From: Tricharina praecox
Taxonomy: Eukaryota
Length of the DNA stretch: 64,000 nt
Assembly (NCBI RefSeq): GCF_024521635.1
Contig: NW_026250423.1
Span: forward strand, 310,001 to 374,000
Direction: 5' to 3'
This document shows positions 12,872-25,046 of the stretch, one piece after another. The notes under the pieces are model-generated. The model was not told the origin of the DNA, did no database searches, and worked only from the letters and a program-made list of their open reading frames with translations. The number at the start of each line of letters is the position of its first letter. Positions within the stretch are counted from its first letter, which is position 1. The position numbers and the translations under genes were made by a program.

Positions 12872-14818
12872 TCAATTTGGGACGGGAAGCTTTCCGTCTC
12901 CCTGTGCTGCGCGAACCTGCTCAAACACCTGTTTTGATATAAGTCAGCGTATATTCTCCCGGTGCAACATCACAGTTAGGCCGTACCTTCAGCATTTTCC
13001 TCCTCGCACCCAGGGCGTTTACGCCCCTCTTGTCAAGCGCATCATCGTCCAGCTGGACCAACTCGGTCCACTTGAGATCCTTCAGGTTGTCCGTGTACTT
13101 ATGCAGCCTCAGACTCCTCAGCCACTGCGGGATATCGTTCAGCAGCTCGGGGTTAGTGGGGTCCTCCGGGGGCTTAGAGCTTCCCCTGCGACCCCTCGGG
13201 CTCCTTCCGCGGCCGCCGTTCAGATCGTCAGAGTTGTACCCCTCCGAGCCACCGCCCAGCGAACCGAACTGTCCGAGCAGACCGTTGTTGAGCAGCGGCG
13301 ACTGCGCGGCAAGGAACCCGTTTGCCTGCGGAGACGCGAATCCCATCCCGCCCCATTGCGACGCGGGATTGAAGAATCCGGGCGAACTCGGCCGAGACCT
13401 GCCGCCGAGTAGGTTCGATCCGTTCTGCTGTTGTTGCAACGCGGCCGCCGCTGCGGCAGCGGGGATCTGCACGAGTTGCCCGTGTTCATTGTACATCGTG
13501 ATGTGTGCCGGCGAGAGACCTGGGATTCCACGGGGCGAGGCCAGTCCTGGAGTACCAGGGGTGCCGTCCTTGCGCCGCTTGCCCCAGCCCTTGGGATCGT
13601 TGTCGAGGATTATACGGTTGTTGACGGTCGAAAGCGCGGCGAGCTTCATGGCGGTAGCGTTGGCGATCATATCGGCGTTCTGGTTCTGCGGGAACATGGC
13701 ACCGACCGGCGTGTTGACCATCGACGCCCAGTTGGTGCTCGCAACCGGGTACGGCGACATTTGGGGCAGCTCCAGGTTGTCAGAAGGCGCAGCCAGAGTG
13801 GTAGCCCGGATGTTGGAATCGCCGGTGATCTGCGGGGGAGGGTTCCTGGGAGAACGAAGGCCGGCGGAAGGAGGCTGGGGCAGCTGGAAATTGCCCATGG
13901 CGGACTGACCGGAGGCGGACTTTGGGCGCGAGATCTCATTGTTGGAATCGCTAGGACGGTTCCAAGGGGAGGGCGGCGGGTTGTTCTCTTTCGTGTTCGC
14001 GCCGCCGGTGTTGATGGACGGAGTGTTCAGATTAGCGGTGCTACGTGTCTCAAACAGAGCGCTGCTCCGATTGGACTTGATTCCGCTGGCAGCCCCGCCC
14101 TGTCCGGAGAGCTTTGCCCGTTGAGCAGCAATCGTGGCCGAGGCTTCCGGGAACATCGACGTGGGGTCTGCAGAAGGGCGGCTGTTGGGCCCGCCAGGGG
14201 ATGGCGGGGGAGGACGATTGTTGAATGCCTCGCGGCTTCCCATGGTCAATTTAGTCATGGCATCGTTCATTCGGTTGGCCATGGGATCTGCCGGAGATTA
14301 GCATACTTTTCCATCAACGCAACCGGAGAAGACCAACCTTTCTCGAATGTGTTTGGCGAAAGAAGGTTCGACATCGGATGGGACTTTGCCATCTGCTGAA
14401 GGACCGTTATGAAGAACCGGATCTGAACCTGAGTCGTCTGCTGCAGCAGAGCATACAGAGCGGCGGTGCGTTCCGCCTCGCTCAGCACACGAAACCACTG
14501 CTCGATAGCGCTGAGCTCGTCTTTGAACTCCTGATCCAATGCGGCCGAAGCCATCTCCTCCAGCGTATTCTCGTATGTCTCGAGGTCATTGATCCATTCC
14601 CGAGCGGCCTTGTCGAGGGCCTCGGTCTCGGCGTTCTGCTGCGGGATTTGAGGAGGGTTCAGGAATATCTCGGATGATGGCCGGATGCGTCCGCCCATCG
14701 GAGATTGGAAAGCGCCCGACATGTCGGCCGAGGCTCGGAGGTGGTGGCCGGGTCGAGACGTCGGGGGTCTCAACGATCCGCCGTTGGACGTCTGCTCGGA
14801 CTTGTTAAGGGAAGACAT
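12872..14818 (-). CDS. VTS1: SAM-domain RNA-binding protein Vts1/Smaug. Exons 14818-14338, 14287-12987 and 12928-12872.
   Basis: [29 protein letters not shown] and the SAM domain [18 protein letters not shown]...[13 protein letters not shown]. Two GT-AG introns restore the frame. Confidence 0.95.
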
Positions 14819-17800
14819 CTCGATTCACGGGTGTCGCGGCGATGCGAAGGATGCGGAGTGTCGGTTGCGCTGAGAGGAAACGGTATCCCAATGTTGAGTG
14901 GTGATGGTGTGTTCGACAGAAGGCTGGCTTTAATTGATGAAAGTATTCTTGATGGTCGAACAATGAAGGCAGCCAAAACTACGAATCACTTCTTCAACAC
15001 GTCAGGAGCAAGGTGGAGCAAATGTTGAAGTGGTGAGGATCAACCGCTATTACTAGAGCTATCAAGGAGGACGGTACTGCCGAAAGCGACGGTGCGAGCT
15101 TCTCCTGCAGTGCCTGCTGACCTCAAAGGAGCTTTGCTGCTGCGGTGTGCGAGAGCAAGCAATTTTGCGAAGACGGAAGAGCGTGGAATGGTGTTAGAGA
15201 GGAGGAGAGAGGAGAGAGGGAGGGGTAAAGGTGGTGGCAGTAGTCGGAGAGGTAGTGAAGGCCGTAGCGGTGCTGTGGCGCCTGATCGTTGCGTGTGGCG
15301 AGGTGTTCTTTTTTTCTTTCGATGTTTCAAAACGACTGGGTGGATGAGCGGAGAAGGGGAGGGGGGTGGGGCGCAAAGACGTTTATGCGGCCCAGTCGCA
15401 GAACCGAGTCCGAGGGAAGGATGTGTTTGTAGGAGTTGAAACTGGCTAATGGGACCGAACTGGAGGCTTCGAGGGAGGTGGTCGCAGGATTCTGGTTATT
15501 GGCGCGCTGAGTTGGATGTGCGGACACGACGAACCACGTCTATTAGCACTGCGGGTTACTGTTTACGAGCCTAGTTGGCAGCGGCGGCGGCAATACGGCG
15601 AGTGTCGGCAACTTCAGACCGAAGGGATGGTGGGGGACTTTGTTGGCAAGCGAGATGTATATGTGAACCAGCCAGCCCAAGGGAGGGGAGGTGTGGTGTG
15701 TGGGACGTTCAAAGAAGAGAAGGCGAAACGAGAGCAAGCAACAACAAAGCTGCGCAAAAGAACAACCGGCAACGGCAACGGAGGTGACTACGGGCGACGA
15801 AGGCGAAGCTCGCGGAAACTGTCTTCGAGAACGGGGAAGAAGAGAAATGGGGCAAGTGCCTTTATGGTCCGTTTGGTGATGGATGTGGTGGAGGGGCTGG
15901 CGGAGTGGGCAGGACGAGAAGGGAGAAGGAGAAAGAGGAAGAGGATGTAGCAGCAGTGGATGTGGAGGGAGGAGGAGGCGGAGGCGGCAGGGTAGTTTTC
16001 CGATGAGGGGGGGCCGAGAAAAGCACTCAGTTCAGGAGAAGAAGGAACGAATGACGGACGGGGGGAGTGTGTAGAAGGATTGATTTGCTGGAGAGAAATG
16101 TACCTATGGTAACTACGGTACGTACTACTGGTAGAATGACTACACCCACTCGACATTGTTAGGTAGATACATACGGGCATGTATGTAGACCCTAGGCTGT
16201 GATCCTCGAGTCTCACCAACCGCAACCACCCAACCAAACAACAGTGCCTGTTGGCCCAGAGCGCAGGGATTGGGCCATGCAGTCTCTATCCCGTGGCCAA
16301 AGGGAGCTGCGGGGGACATAAGGCAGGCAGCAGCAGTTGAGGCTGGCCATCTACGAGTAAGTCGAAGCCGGAGCAGAGAGCAGGATGGCTAATCAATCGA
16401 AAGGAGCATATCAGCGGACGGACCGCCTTGCGGTGGGGCTTGCTGCCCATCAACGTCGGCTGTCGACTGTCTGCTGTCTGCTGTCTGCTGTACTGCAAAT
16501 ACTACTACACACACGAACGATGCATGGTATATATCTACGGTACCTCTCTTGGGCGTGAAAACACGCCTTACTGCCGTGACCAGCGCTGGTGTCGATTGAT
16601 TGATACCCCAATCAGTAGGAAGCCCGGATAATTCCAGGAACACCGCAGGTCCGCAGCAGACCGGCGCCGGTAGCGGCCGCGGTGCAACGGGAGGGTGGGC
16701 AGAGTACGGTAGCCAGTGTATAAGGGCAGCACCTCAGTGAAAGGGAGTGAGCGAGCGAGCGGATTCACGTGGGTAAGAGGTAGGCACTTACATACTAGCA
16801 ATCGGCGGCCATCACAAGAGCGGCGGTGGCGGCGGCGGTGTTGGCTGGTCTCCGGCGCGGCGACAGTCTCCACTCCACTCCACCTACCTACTCTAGCATC
16901 ACGGTTACTGAAGCGTCGGACCCACCATCCCAGTTCTGCGGTGGACGCGCATGCGTCGAGGCAGGTATGTAGGTAAGCTGGTCGGTCGACGGTCATGCTT
17001 CTCGTCGGTTGCAGATGGGCACGCTGCATCCGCCGCGCTCTAGAACGGGAGTGTAGTGTAATTAATTCGCCGTGCACTCGAGAGTCGACTCCGCATCCCG
17101 CGCTTCTCGCCCACAATCCAGTGCACCCGGCAAATTCAATTCATCCATCCATCCATCCATCCTTCCATCCATCCTTCCACGCACGCTCGCTTTCCTGTTG
17201 CGGCGTAACTAATGGATGTCGACTCGACGTCTGCTGCACGGCGGGAGAGAGCCCCATCTGGCACCGACACAGTAAGCTTAGGAGGGGGGAGGGTCCCTCC
17301 CGCCGACGCTCGAGCTCGTCGTCTCGTGTCGTGTCCCGACGCTTCGCAGCTGAGCTATGGACTATCCACCGGTTGCGTCCGCGCTCGGATCGTGACCAGG
17401 TCCCCGATCAATGATCTTCCGCGTTACTATTAGCGGGTGCCATCACGATTCACGTCCGATGTCCGATGCCCGATGCTTCGGAGGCGGCTGCGTGTGCTGC
17501 AGCAAGTAGGTAGATCGGCACGCTCGAACGCAAGCGATGCGGAGGGGGGATGCCGGGCGGGTGGGCAGGCCGGAGCATAGTAGTTACTCTGCTCACTTCC
17601 CTACACAAAAATCGCCTATTATGCGTCCAGGCTCCACAGTGCTATACACATTCAGCATCCAAATACCTCCGAGCTGGAACCGTGGAACGAAGCCAAAATA
17701 AAGTCCGACAGCAATAAAAAGTGAGGTATGTATTGTACTCTATTTGCTGTAAAAGCTCAAGAATATAGTAGGACTACAATTTATATCCGGATTGTACGAT

Positions 17801-18169
17801 TTAGGAATATACCTGACGTCCAATAATATCTGTTTCAGATACACAGCGGGCAAGCAAGCGATGGTCCATTCGCCCTGCTGATCGCGATTCGCGCCCAGCG
17901 TCTCCCGTGCCATGCTGGGTCACAGTGTATCACTCGGTAACCATATAGTAGTTAGTACCGCCAAGCTCGCCGCTGATCCCTGCAAGAAAATTAATCTCGG
18001 AGCCTCAAACGCGAGCACCGCCGCAAAAAAAAAAGTTTGAGAAAGCATCGAGCGAGCGAGTGACGGACGACCTCGAAAACGGTAACGACACTTTGCTTTG
18101 CTAATTCTTCAAGTTTGGAGAGCCCCGCAGCAGCGTAACATATCGATCCGAACACGACCCAACGCAACA

Positions 18170-21100
18170 ATGCCGTCCGCTCATCCCAAGCGGCAGCGCA
18201 TCCAGGGTGCGACTACGGAGCAGGCGGCTCATCCTACACCTACACACTCCCGCATTTTCGCTCCATACCGAGTATGTAGGCGTTCCGTCCCGGTGGTCGT
18301 CGTCGATGCGATGGGTGGGGGGGTGGCGGGGGAGATCTCTCGGTTGCTAAAGCTGCTGCTGCAAATATAGGCCATCGGTCACATCACCTCACCAGTGCCG
18401 TTCTCGCTGCTGCCGCAAGGGAAGACTTTCCAGGTTACCACGGCGCTCGAGCGCACGGTGCAGACGTATGACGTGCGGAAGCTGAACCTGCTGTTCGTGT
18501 CGTCGCCGCCGACGCCCGGCGTCATCGCCCGTGTCGTCGCACATAAGGATGTGGTCTATGTCGCCTTTGCCGACTCGAACGCGGGTGGCGCTGGCGTCTG
18601 GATCTTTAAGCGCGGAAAGAAGATGGGCGAGTTGCAGATGCCGGCGCAGAGGTGGGGCGCCTGGAAGGAGTTGATCGTCTTTGGGGAATGGGTCGTGGGC
18701 GCCTTCGATAAAGCGCTCGTTGTGTGGAGGAGGGAGAGCGGCGAGGTCTACACCGAGATCGAGATGGGCGGGAAGGGGGGCGCGGTCACCGCGGTCTGCC
18801 ACCCCAGTGCGTATCTCAACAAGCTGGTCGTTGCGAGGAGAAACGGTGACTTGGAGATTTGGAACATCAAAACCAGGTATTTATGTCCGATTGGGGGAGG
18901 GGAGGTGGGGGGGGGGGTCTTCAACAACGGCGTCGCTGATTCGAGCCCAGTAAGAAAATCTACACCATACTCTCACCGGTTCCAAGCACTCCAAATTCTC
19001 CAAAGGCGGTCACCGTCCTTGTGCAGACTCCGGCGATCTCGGTTTTGGCGATTGGATATTCGACGGGCGAGATTCACTTGCACAATATCCACACAGATGC
19101 ACCGCTCTTTACCCTCAACCAGCGCTCCCTCGTTGTCTCCTCCCAGACCAGGCGTGTTGCGAGCCTGTCGTTCTGCAGCGACCCGTTCGTTGGCGCAGAG
19201 AAGACGGGCGCAGAGGGCGTAGGTGGCCGTATTCTTGCTGTGGGACATGAGGACGGACATGTCACTCTTTGGAACCTGGAGAAGCGCAGGGTCTTTGGAG
19301 ACATCAGAAACGCGCATACCCCTTCGCCGCAGGGTGTCCATGTACAATGGCTGTCGGGAATGAATGTGCTGGTGACGAGTGGCGCAGATAACAGTGTGAA
19401 AGTATGTGGTGGTGGACCTGTTGAGTTGGGGATTGAGATGCTGACCATGGCTAGGAATGGGTATTCGATTCTCCGCATACGACGAGGCCGCGCCTCTTGC
19501 GTTCTCGGGGTGGTCACTCGGACGCCATTTCTTCCTTGACCTTTGCATCTCCCGGAACCTCTCACTTCCTCCTCTCCGCTTCCCGCGATCGGACACTCCG
19601 AGCTCAGTCGCTCCGCAACGACGCCCAATCGTTCGAGTTCTCGCAAGGAGCTGCGGTCAAAAAGGCCACAAAGGCAGCCCAGAACGCCATTGAAGAAGCA
19701 GCAAACACAATCGCAGAATTCAGGGCGGGACCAATCACGGCCATTGCAACATGTTCAGGCGACGATGGGGCTGGTACGTCCGGGAGAGAATGGGAGGGCA
19801 TTGTTACTGCCCATCAGGACGAGCGTGCTGCTCGGGTGTGGAGTTTCCAGAACAAGAAGATTGGACGATGGCAACTACCCACCCACGACGAGGGCGAGGT
19901 CAAGTCGGTGGCCATCACTACCTGTGGCACGTTTGCAATAATCGGATCGTCCAAGGGCGGAATCACAATGTTCAACCTCCAGAGCGGCATGCAGCGCAGA
20001 CGATTTCCAGAGCCTCTTACCCCCGCGCAGGCTAAGCAGGTCAAGAAGGGCGAAGCCATCGGAAAGATGAACATGATTGGAAGGGGAAAGCACACCAAAG
20101 CGGTCACGGGAATAGTGACGGATGCCCTGAACAGGGTGGTCATTTCTTGCGGCCTGGACGGAAAAATCAAGTTCTGGGAGTTCACAACAGGAATCCTGAT
20201 CCATGAGTTCAACTGGGAAGGTACCACAAAGATACCCAATATGATGAAGTTCCATCGGCCTTCGGAGCTCATGGCTGTTTCTTGCGATGATACTTGCATT
20301 CGTGTCATTGACGTCGAGACTAAAAAGGTCGTGAGAGAGCTTTGGGGCTGCGAGGGCAAGATCAGTGACTTCTGTTTCTCCAACGATGGCCGGTGGATCG
20401 TTGCTGCTTCTATGGACAGTGTAATAAGGGTCTGGGATCTGCCGACCGGTCACCTTATCGACGGTATAAGAACTAGCAATATTGTTACTGCCTTGGCGTT
20501 CGCTGGGTCTGGAGAGTTTCTGGCGACGGCTCATGTGGGAAGTGTTAGTATTAATCTCTGGTATGTTACCTCGCATCTCCAGCTCTCAATCAGTGCTGAC
20601 CGATTTCCAGGACAAATCGGACACTCTTCCGCCATGTTCCGGCCCGCCACATCGAGGACTCGGACATCGTCGACCTCGCCATGCCCTCGATCTCGGGAGA
20701 AGGCGGAACCAGCTTGGTGCACGCTGCCCTCAATCTGGACACCGAGGATGACGTTGAGACTGGTGTTTACAACACCGCCGACCAGCTGAGTAAGGACTTG
20801 CTCACCATGTCCTTGGTGCCCCGGACCCGATGGCAAACGCTTCTCAACCTTGACGTGATCCGAGTACGTACCTTCTTGTACCTCCGACAGTGCTTCCGTG
20901 CTAACTTTGGTCCCAAAGCAACGCAACAAGCCCAAGGAGGCCCCGAAGGTCCCCGAGAAGGCACCATTTTTCCTCCCTTCGCTCGAAAAAGGCAATCCAA
21001 ACACGATGACCGAGAATCTCGCTCTCGTTTCCGCCTCTGCCGCACAAAGAGCGGCCGAAGAAGCGACCGCCCTCGCCGCAGACCGGAATAGGATCATGCG

Positions 21101-21485
21101 TGTTGACCCCAACATCAGCACCGGCGAGTCGCAGTTTACACTGACGCTGCGCTCTGGAAACCAGGCCAAGCTGCTCGACCACCTCAAGAGCCTCCCGCCA
21201 TCATCTGCAGATTTGGAGCTTCGGAGTTTGCAGGACGACGAAATGGCTGACTTTGTAAACGCACTCACCCAGCGGCTGCGAACGAGGAAGGACTTTGAGC
21301 TGGTGAATACGTGGATGAATGTTTTTGTCAAGTGCCATGGTGAAGCTATCGCCTTGGGTGGGGCGAGTGGGCTCAGAGAAGCGCTCGAGACGTGGCAGGC
21401 AGTGTTGAGGGCGGAACAGACCAGACTTGGGTCAAGAGTAGGGTTCTGTTTGGGTGTTGCGGAGTTCTTGAGATCAGGGCGGTGA
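18170..21485 (+). CDS. UTP21: U3 snoRNP WD40 protein Utp21. Introns 18272-18370, 18877-18950, 19402-19454, 20561-20610 and 20864-20918.
   Basis: SRIFAPYR|AIGH, YDVRKLNLLFVS, WD repeats (FSNDGRWIVAASMDSVIRVWDLPTGHLID), RNKPKEAPKVPEKAPFFLP and DFELVNTWMNVF. Five canonical introns. Confidence 0.95.
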
Positions 21486-21811
21486 TCAATCGTGACGGGA
21501 AAGCGGTCTTATGTAATGATTGTATATACTGTCTTGAGGACCGGTTGGCCAAAAGTTGTCTTGATTTTGTGGAGACGTAGATAATGACATTTTTAAAGAC
21601 TTTGATGGCTCCACAACGCTTTTCGTCTGTGACTGCAGCATTTTTCGGGCCAAAACTGATGGCCTCAATGGCAAGCCTCGATTGATAGCCGATGACTGCT
21701 TCCTTAGCGGGGGGGGCGGCTCTTTCCGAACAACTTTTTCTCCAAAGCTTCACCCACCTTGCAGTGCACCACCGTTTTGTTTCGTGTTGTCGTCGCCCAA
21801 ATCCCACAATC

Positions 21812-22986
21812 ATGAACGCTGGTCTACGATCCGCGCGGCGGCCTTTAGGCATGCTGCTGAGTACGCGCCCGCCCTCCCTCCCTCCGGCCCCCCCCCCAAC
21901 AGGAAAAGCCAATTGACAACCTCTCATAGAGCAGCACCGGCAACAAGCAGCAGCACCTCGTGCATACTCTTCCGCCGCCCCCGCGACCGTCACCACCGAA
22001 ACCCCCACCACGCCACCGGCCCCGCCCATCCAATTTAGCCAGAATGCCTCCACCACGCCCACCGCGACGCCCAGCAAGCCCACCGCGCGCAGCGCCGGCC
22101 CCTACCGCACGACCTCCGCCGTGGTCCTCTCGCGCCCGCCCATGCTGACGCCAGACCTGGACCCGTTCGAGGAGTCGTTCTACTTCTACCAGCGGCGGCT
22201 GAACCAGCGGCTGGCTTTGCCGTTCACGCGGTACTTCTACTTCAAGAAGGACACTCCGGCGGATCTCGAGTGGAAGCGGAAGCAGAAGGCTCTTGGGGAC
22301 GACGTGTTCACGGGGTTCGGGAAGCGCTCGTGGGCTGACGAGCTGCTCGTCGGCGATGAATCACACAAGAGTGACGATAATGGGTTTCGTCGCCTGGCGG
22401 CGACGACGGTGTCGGGCGAGGATGCGACCGCGGAGGGAGTTGAGGGTGTTAAGAAGTTTGAAATGCCGCTGGGCAGGACGAGTAAGGCGGATATGGAGGG
22501 AGACCGTAGGAGCCTCGATCGACACATGACTCGCACCCTCTATCTGCTCGTCAGGAAGAAGGGTCGCGATAGGTATGCGTGGAAGTTCCCACAGAGCCCG
22601 CTGGTTGGCTTCGAGAACCTGAAGGAGGTGCGTGATCCTCTGCCCATACCATACCGCCGCGTGAATATTGGCTAACACGGGCGATCAACCAGGCCGCGGA
22701 ACGAACACTCGCGGAGGCGGCAGGCGTCAACATGAACACGTGGTTTGTCGGCAACGTGCCAATAGGCCACAGCGGCTACCGGTACCCCAAGGGGTACACG
22801 GAGGACGGCGACTACATGGGGAAGAAGGTGTTCTACATGAAGGCGCGCATCATGGCTGGACAGGCCGACCTGGCCGAGAACAAGTTTGGCCTCGACGACT
22901 TCATGTGGCTCACCAAAGAGGAGGTCGATGAGGTCGCCGGTCGCCCGTATTTCAATGTCGTCAAGGATATGTTGGTCAACCAGTAG
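21812..22986 (+). CDS. MRPL17: Mitochondrial large-subunit ribosomal protein mL46 (MrpL17). Introns 21861-21929 and 22628-22692.
   Basis: VVLSRPPMLT..FEESFYFYQRRLNQRL..PFTRYFYFKKDTP, SLDRHMTRTLYLLV, WKFP, MNTWFVG, KVFYMKARIMAGQ and DFMWLTKEE. Confidence 0.92.
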
Positions 22987-23354
22987 GGGCGGCGGCTGTA
23001 AAAACCGGAGTTTGGGGTGGCGGGCTGGCTGGCTGTATCATAGAAATCTACATGTAGTTCTTGCGGGTTGAGGGCCGTAGCCGAGTGATATCCCAGTGCT
23101 CGAGCCGTACGTATGGGGGATTAAAGGTTGTGGGTTCTGGTTTAAAGGGAAGCCGAATGGCATGCGCCTCGCGTTCTTCCAAGCCTAGGGACTGTGTTCA
23201 GGTTCATTCGTCCTTCGCCTGAACCATTTGTGACGGAAACACTTGGAATGTTCGGTGGCTAGTTATTTCACATTTCCAGCTGACAAGTCACCCGATCACT
23301 CGATATCTCTACGACCAAACCAAAACCTTCACATGTCGATAGAGTTTGTGATCA

Positions 23355-23403
23355 AAGCCACAGTCTTCCCAGCCACAGTCTTCCAAGCGACAGTCTTCCA
23401 AGC
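23355..23403. repeat. 15-bp tandem repeat ([A/C]AGC[C/G]ACAGTCTTCC) x3
   Basis: Direct reading of the sequence. Confidence 0.8.
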
Positions 23404-24528
23404 TCCACCGAGTGAAGCTCTGTACTGATTTCTGCCCGCAAAAGTCTAGTATCATTCCAAGTCCAGCGAGAAAGCTTCGTATGAACCTACGCGGAATCGA
23501 CACGGTAGCAAGGAGAAGTAGTGCAGGAAACCAAGAATCCTGTCCGTTCGTGAGACGTCTGTAATAAACCTATTCTGGAATCGTACACGAAGTATGTACC
23601 GCTGTACCGATAGCACTGTGTCTATTCGGACGCTCACAGACAGCCAGGCCCGGAGCGGTCATACCTATCCTACTCGTCACCGCCCAGCGCAGCAAACACA
23701 TCATTAGACTTTCAATTCTTAGCCTTGTCCACCATCCAACCCGACTTTCGTCGAGCAGCCCGTGGTGGCCCCCTCTCTTGCCCCTCCCTCCGCCTAGGCA
23801 CCCAACGTCAATACACGGTAAAGACTGATATGGGCCTGCATGCGCGCTCCTTCCAACGTCTCCTCTCTCCAATACGGGCTGACACGCCCGCTCTTACCTT
23901 CCGCCCTCAGCCCCTTCGTTTGAAGGTTTTCCGACTCTTCTTTATGGTGGTTGCGTGCCTTTTGCAGCCTGGCGTTCCTGCTCCCACCGATGAAGACGGG
24001 CACATATAACGCCCCCCTGTCGCGAGCATTATCAGCCCACGACGGGACACATTCTTCCAAATCTCACCCTCTCTTCCCACCCTCTCTTCCCCCCTTCCCC
24101 TTTCCACTTTCGCTTCCTCTCAACCTTCTCTCAAATCCTCCAGCAATCCGCCCTGGCCAATAGTCCGCCGAATGACATTCCATGACCCACTCCGTCGTAC
24201 AAACAAGCAACGCGGGGTAGCCTAGCTATGCACTCTATCTCCAAGTACCGGTTTCTGGGACAGTGGGGGGTAAAGTATGTAGCACAGCGCACCACCACCA
24301 CCCACCACCACCACCCACCACCACCGCAGAGCAGGATCATGTCACGTCCGGTTCAGTGCATAGTACGTACGGAAAAAGCAACCCGCACGACCGACCGAAC
24401 CCAGCTCGCCACTCATCGCCTCATCCCCAGTGTCCCCACCTACGACCGTCTCCCCTCACTACACGACCACGACCACGACCACCATCACCACCAGCACTAC
24501 CACCACTAGCACCACTAGTCAGCACACA

Positions 24529-25046
24529 ATGTCCGCGCCCGCAAGCTATTACGAGCTCTACCGTAACTCCTCGTACGCCCCCCCTCCCCCTCCCCACCCC
24601 CCTCTCCGCCGGCGCGCGTCGTGAACGGGAGCGATCGATAGCTGGCTCTGGCTGACTCGCGCAGGATAGGAACTACTCTGACCTCGACGCTCGACGAGCT
24701 GCAGTCCTCGGGAATGATGACGCCGCAGCTGGGCGCCCTGGTGCTGCGGCATTTCGACCGTCACATGGCGGAGGGTCTCGCGTCCGTGAGGGCCGTCATG
24801 AAGCTTAAGGTATCCTACTACTCCCCCCCTCTTCCTCCTCCTCCATGTTCCCCATAGATACACACCCGCAGACGGAGGAATAGACGGCTGACAGGCTACG
24901 TGGGAGCACAGGGCGACCTGGTGACGTACCGAAACGTCGACGACGTGTGGATGTTCCAGCTCAAGGACATCACGTTCACGTTCGAGAAGAAGAACCAAGT
25001 GCAGGTCAAGAAGATTAATGTTGTTGCGATGGCGGTGAGGGATTGA
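24529..25046 (+). CDS. TOA2: TFIIA gamma (small) subunit-like protein, divergent, 107 aa. Exons 24529-24572, 24665-24809 and 24912-25046.
   Basis: Spliced translation: MSAPASYYELYRNSSIGTTLTSTLDELQSSGMMTPQLGALVLRHFDRHMAEGLASVRAVMKLKGDLVTYRNVDDVWMFQLKDITFTFEKKNQVQVKKINVVAMAVRD. YELYR.S.IG, PQL...FD and Y.....VW.F are TFIIA-gamma signatures. Both introns are GT..CTGAC..CAG. Confidence 0.88.

Noticed and set aside
13030..14399. Long plus-strand ORFs opposite VTS1, and similar shadow ORFs opposite TAH18, HEM1, UTP21, the bZIP gene and the septin-like gene
   Set aside because: These are antisense shadows of GC3-rich coding sequence with no recognisable motifs.
23186..23224. Hairpin GTTCAGG...CCTGAAC, considered as a tRNA or ncRNA fragment
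   Set aside because: Only a 7-bp stem, with no cloverleaf and no A/B boxes.
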